Shown in pieces: positions 61,740-64,000 of a stretch of 64,000 bases of DNA (positions within the stretch are counted from its first letter, which is position 1; each line of letters opens with the position of its first letter). Below the pieces are notes generated by a model that ran no database searches, was not told the origin of the DNA, and worked only from the letters and a program-made list of their open reading frames with translations. The position numbers and the translations under genes were made by a program. Source of the DNA: Spirochaetaceae bacterium (GTDB lineage: Bacteria > Spirochaetota > Spirochaetia > DSM-2461); NCBI GenBank assembly GCA_051531975.1, contig JAOPTT010000006.1, forward strand, positions 398,870-462,869. The letters are read 5' to 3'.

Positions 61740-64000
61740 TTATTTGCTATCTCCTAACTTTCGAGCTATCTCTCTGATTTCGATAACTTCTAAAGTATCA
61801 CCAACTTGTACATCGGTAAATGAATCAAGACCAACACCACACTCAAATCCTTTTTTAACCTCTTTAACATCATCTTTAAATCGTTTAAGAGATCCAACAG
61901 GACCACTATGTGTCATAACTTCTTCTCGATAAAGGTTAATTGTGCTTCCACGTTTAATAAAACCATCAGTAACATAACAACCAGCAACAAAACCAAGTTT
62001 AGGTACTTTAAATACCTCTCTGATTTCAACAGAACCAACTATTTCCTCTTTAAGTTCAGGAGCAAGCATACCTTCCATTGCGTTTCTAATGTCTTCTACT
62101 GCATCGTAGATAATATTATATTTTTTGATCTCAACTTTTTCTTGGTCAGCAATAAATTGTGCTTTTGCTGTAGGTCTAACATGGAAACCAACAATAATTG
62201 CACTAGATGCTGCTGCAAACATTACATTATTTTCAGTAATAGCACCTGTAGATGCTTCAATAACGTTTAGTCTAATTTCTGGTGTACTTAATTTTTCTAA
62301 TGAAGCAGTTAAAGCCTCAACAGATCCATGAACATCACCTCTAATAATAACCTTAAGTTCCTGAACAGTACCGTCAGATATAGAGTCAAATAGGTTATCA
62401 AGTGTAATCTTTTTAACGTTCTTAGCACTCTCCACTTTTTTAAGCTCTAATCGTTTCTCTCCAAATTGTCTAGAAACTTTTTCACTCTCAGTTACCTGGA
62501 ATGGGTCACCTGAATCAGGAACACCAGACATACCGATAACCTCAACTGGAGTTGAAGGAAGAGCTTCTTTTACTCTATTTCCTCTATCATCAAACATTGC
62601 TCTAATTTTACCTGAGTAAACACCTGCAATAAATGGATCTCCAACTCTTAAAGTACCACGTTGAACTAATATTGTAGAAACAACACCTCGTCCCTGATCA
62701 ACTTTAGATTCAATAACTTTACCTTCAGCTTTACAGTCGTAGTTTGCTGTTAGTTCTAACATCTCTGCTTCTAACATAACAGCATCTAATAGTTCATCAA
62801 TTCCTTCACCTTTAAGTGCTGAAATATGTATGAACTGGTTTGAACCACCCCAATCTTCTGACATTATCTCAAGTTCAGCTAACTGTTGCTTAACTTTTTC
62901 AGGGTTAGCGTCAGGTAAATCACACTTATTTACAGCAACAATAATTGGACATTTAGCCTCTTTTGCATGTAAAACAGCTTCTCTAGTCTGTGGCATAACA
63001 CCATCGTTAGCAGCTACAACTAAAATAACAATATCTGTTACCTGTGCACCACGAGCTCTCATTAATGTAAAAGCTTCATGACCAGGAGTATCTAAGAATG
63101 CAATTCTACCTTTAGACGTTTCAGTTGTATATGCACCGATATGCTGGGTAATTCCACCTGATTCTCCATCTGCAACAGTTGCGTTTCTTATGGTATCTAA
63201 TAACTTAGTTTTACCATGGTCAACATGACCCATAACTGTAACTATTGGTGCTCTATGTCTAAGGTCTGCACCTTCGTCAGTATCACCTTCAATAATTGTT
63301 TCGTCGTATAATGATACAATTTTAACCTCACAACCATACTCCTGAGCTAACAATGAAGCAGTTTCAGAGTCTATTTGTTGGTTAATTGTAACCATCATAC
63401 CCATACCCATTAATTTTCCGATTAAATCAGATGCTTTTAAGTTCATCTTTCGTGCTAATTCAGAAACAGTAATAACTTCCATTATGTCAATTGACTTAGG
63501 AATTGGGTTTGTATTGTTAACAGTCTTTTTAACGTAGTTATATGCTTTTTCAGCATTAGCTCGTTTTTTCTTGTCGTATGAAGTTTTCTTTTTAGCTTTA
63601 AAGAACTTTTTAGGTCCCGCAGCATTTTTAGTAATTGGTGCAGCTTCTTTTTCTGGAGGTCTTCCACCACCGCCACCTGGTCTACCTTGGTATCCACCGC
63701 CACCACCTGGTCTGCCTTGGTATCCACCACCGCCACCTGGTCTGCCTTGGTATCCACCGCCGCCACCTGGTCTGCCTTGGTATCCACCACCGCCACCTGG
63801 TCGACCTTGGTATCCACCTTGTCCTGGAGGTCTATTTCCTTGATAACCACCCTGTCCTGGAGGTCTATTTCCTTGGTAACCACCTTGTCCTGGAGGTCTA
63901 TTTCCTTGATAACCACCCTGTCCTGGAGGTCTATTCCCTTGGTATCCACCTTGTCCTGGAGGTCTGTTACCTTGATAACCACCACCACCTTGTCCTTGGG
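61740..64000 (-). CDS. infB: Translation initiation factor IF-2 (start beyond window)
   Basis: GHVDHGKT, GGITQHIG, DTPGH, NKCD; frame continues upstream of 63482 to the window edge. Confidence 0.97.
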   Translation of the reverse strand, partial: QGQGGGGYQGNRPPGQGGYQGNRPPGQGGYQGNRPPGQGGYQGNRPPGQGGYQGNRPPGQGGYQGRPGGGGGYQGRPGGGGGYQGRPGGGGGYQGRPGGGGGYQGRPGGGGGRPPEKEAAPITKNAAGPKKFFKAKKKTSYDKKKRANAEKAYNYVKKTVNNTNPIPKSIDIMEVITVSELARKMNLKASDLIGKLMGMGMMVTINQQIDSETASLLAQEYGCEVKIVSLYDETIIEGDTDEGADLRHRAPIVTVMGHVDHGKTKLLDTIRNATVADGESGGITQHIGAYTTETSKGRIAFLDTPGHEAFTLMRARGAQVTDIVILVVAANDGVMPQTREAVLHAKEAKCPIIVAVNKCDLPDANPEKVKQQLAELEIMSEDWGGSNQFIHISALKGEGIDELLDAVMLEAEMLELTANYDCKAEGKVIESKVDQGRGVVSTILVQRGTLRVGDPFIAGVYSGKIRAMFDDRGNRVKEALPSTPVEVIGMSGVPDSGDPFQVTESEKVSRQFGEKRLELKKVESAKNVKKITLDNLFDSISDGTVQELKVIIRGDVHGSVEALTASLEKLSTPEIRLNVIEASTGAITENNVMFAAASSAIIVGFHVRPTAKAQFIADQEKVEIKKYNIIYDAVEDIRNAMEGMLAPELKEEIVGSVEIREVFKVPKLGFVAGCYVTDGFIKRGSTINLYREEVMTHSGPVGSLKRFKDDVKEVKKGFECGVGLDSFTDVQVGDTLEVIEIREIARKLGDSK
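63664..63978 (-). repeat. Coding tandem repeats in the IF-2 N-terminal region
   Basis: About 5 x 33 bp (YQGNRPPGQGG) followed by about 5 x 30 bp (YQGRPGGGGG). Confidence 0.9.

Noticed and set aside
63664..63978. Possible CRISPR array
   Set aside because: Contiguous in-frame repeats, no unique spacers, no cas genes
63482..63988. 168-aa minus and 90-aa Pro-rich plus ORFs; apparent infB start at 63482
   Set aside because: Alternative frames of the IF-2 repeats; the infB frame continues to the window edge

Overview
AT-rich bacterial chromosomal window; gene content suggests a free-living spirochaete (inference only). 1-13.9 kb: an unlisted giant (>4029 aa) secreted Ig-repeat protein that runs off the window edge, a partner gene and a cNMP-binding protein. 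14-48.7 kb: an accessory island with a NACHT NTPase, a decayed IS4/IS50-like element inserted into a group II intron D5-D6 remnant, a TPR-metallo-beta-lactamase fusion, an unannotated 38-aa RiPP-like precursor followed by an RRE/radical SAM/SPASM maturase, an IS21 scar, an rmuC-SWIM-SWIM-DUF4041/GIY-YIG-5'-nucleotidase operon, an iron/B12-type ABC importer, a MalT-like regulator flanked by an identical 21-bp motif, several exported hypotheticals, a membrane LuxR-type regulator and two toxin-antitoxin pairs. 48.9-58.5 kb: type II secretion cluster with one A10 frameshift. 58.5-64 kb: housekeeping infB-rbfA-truB-OmpA-lspA-ATL operon. Best candidate for a novel system: the precursor/rSAM-SPASM pair at 21.2-22.9 kb. 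All family assignments come from motif recognition by eye; no searches were run.
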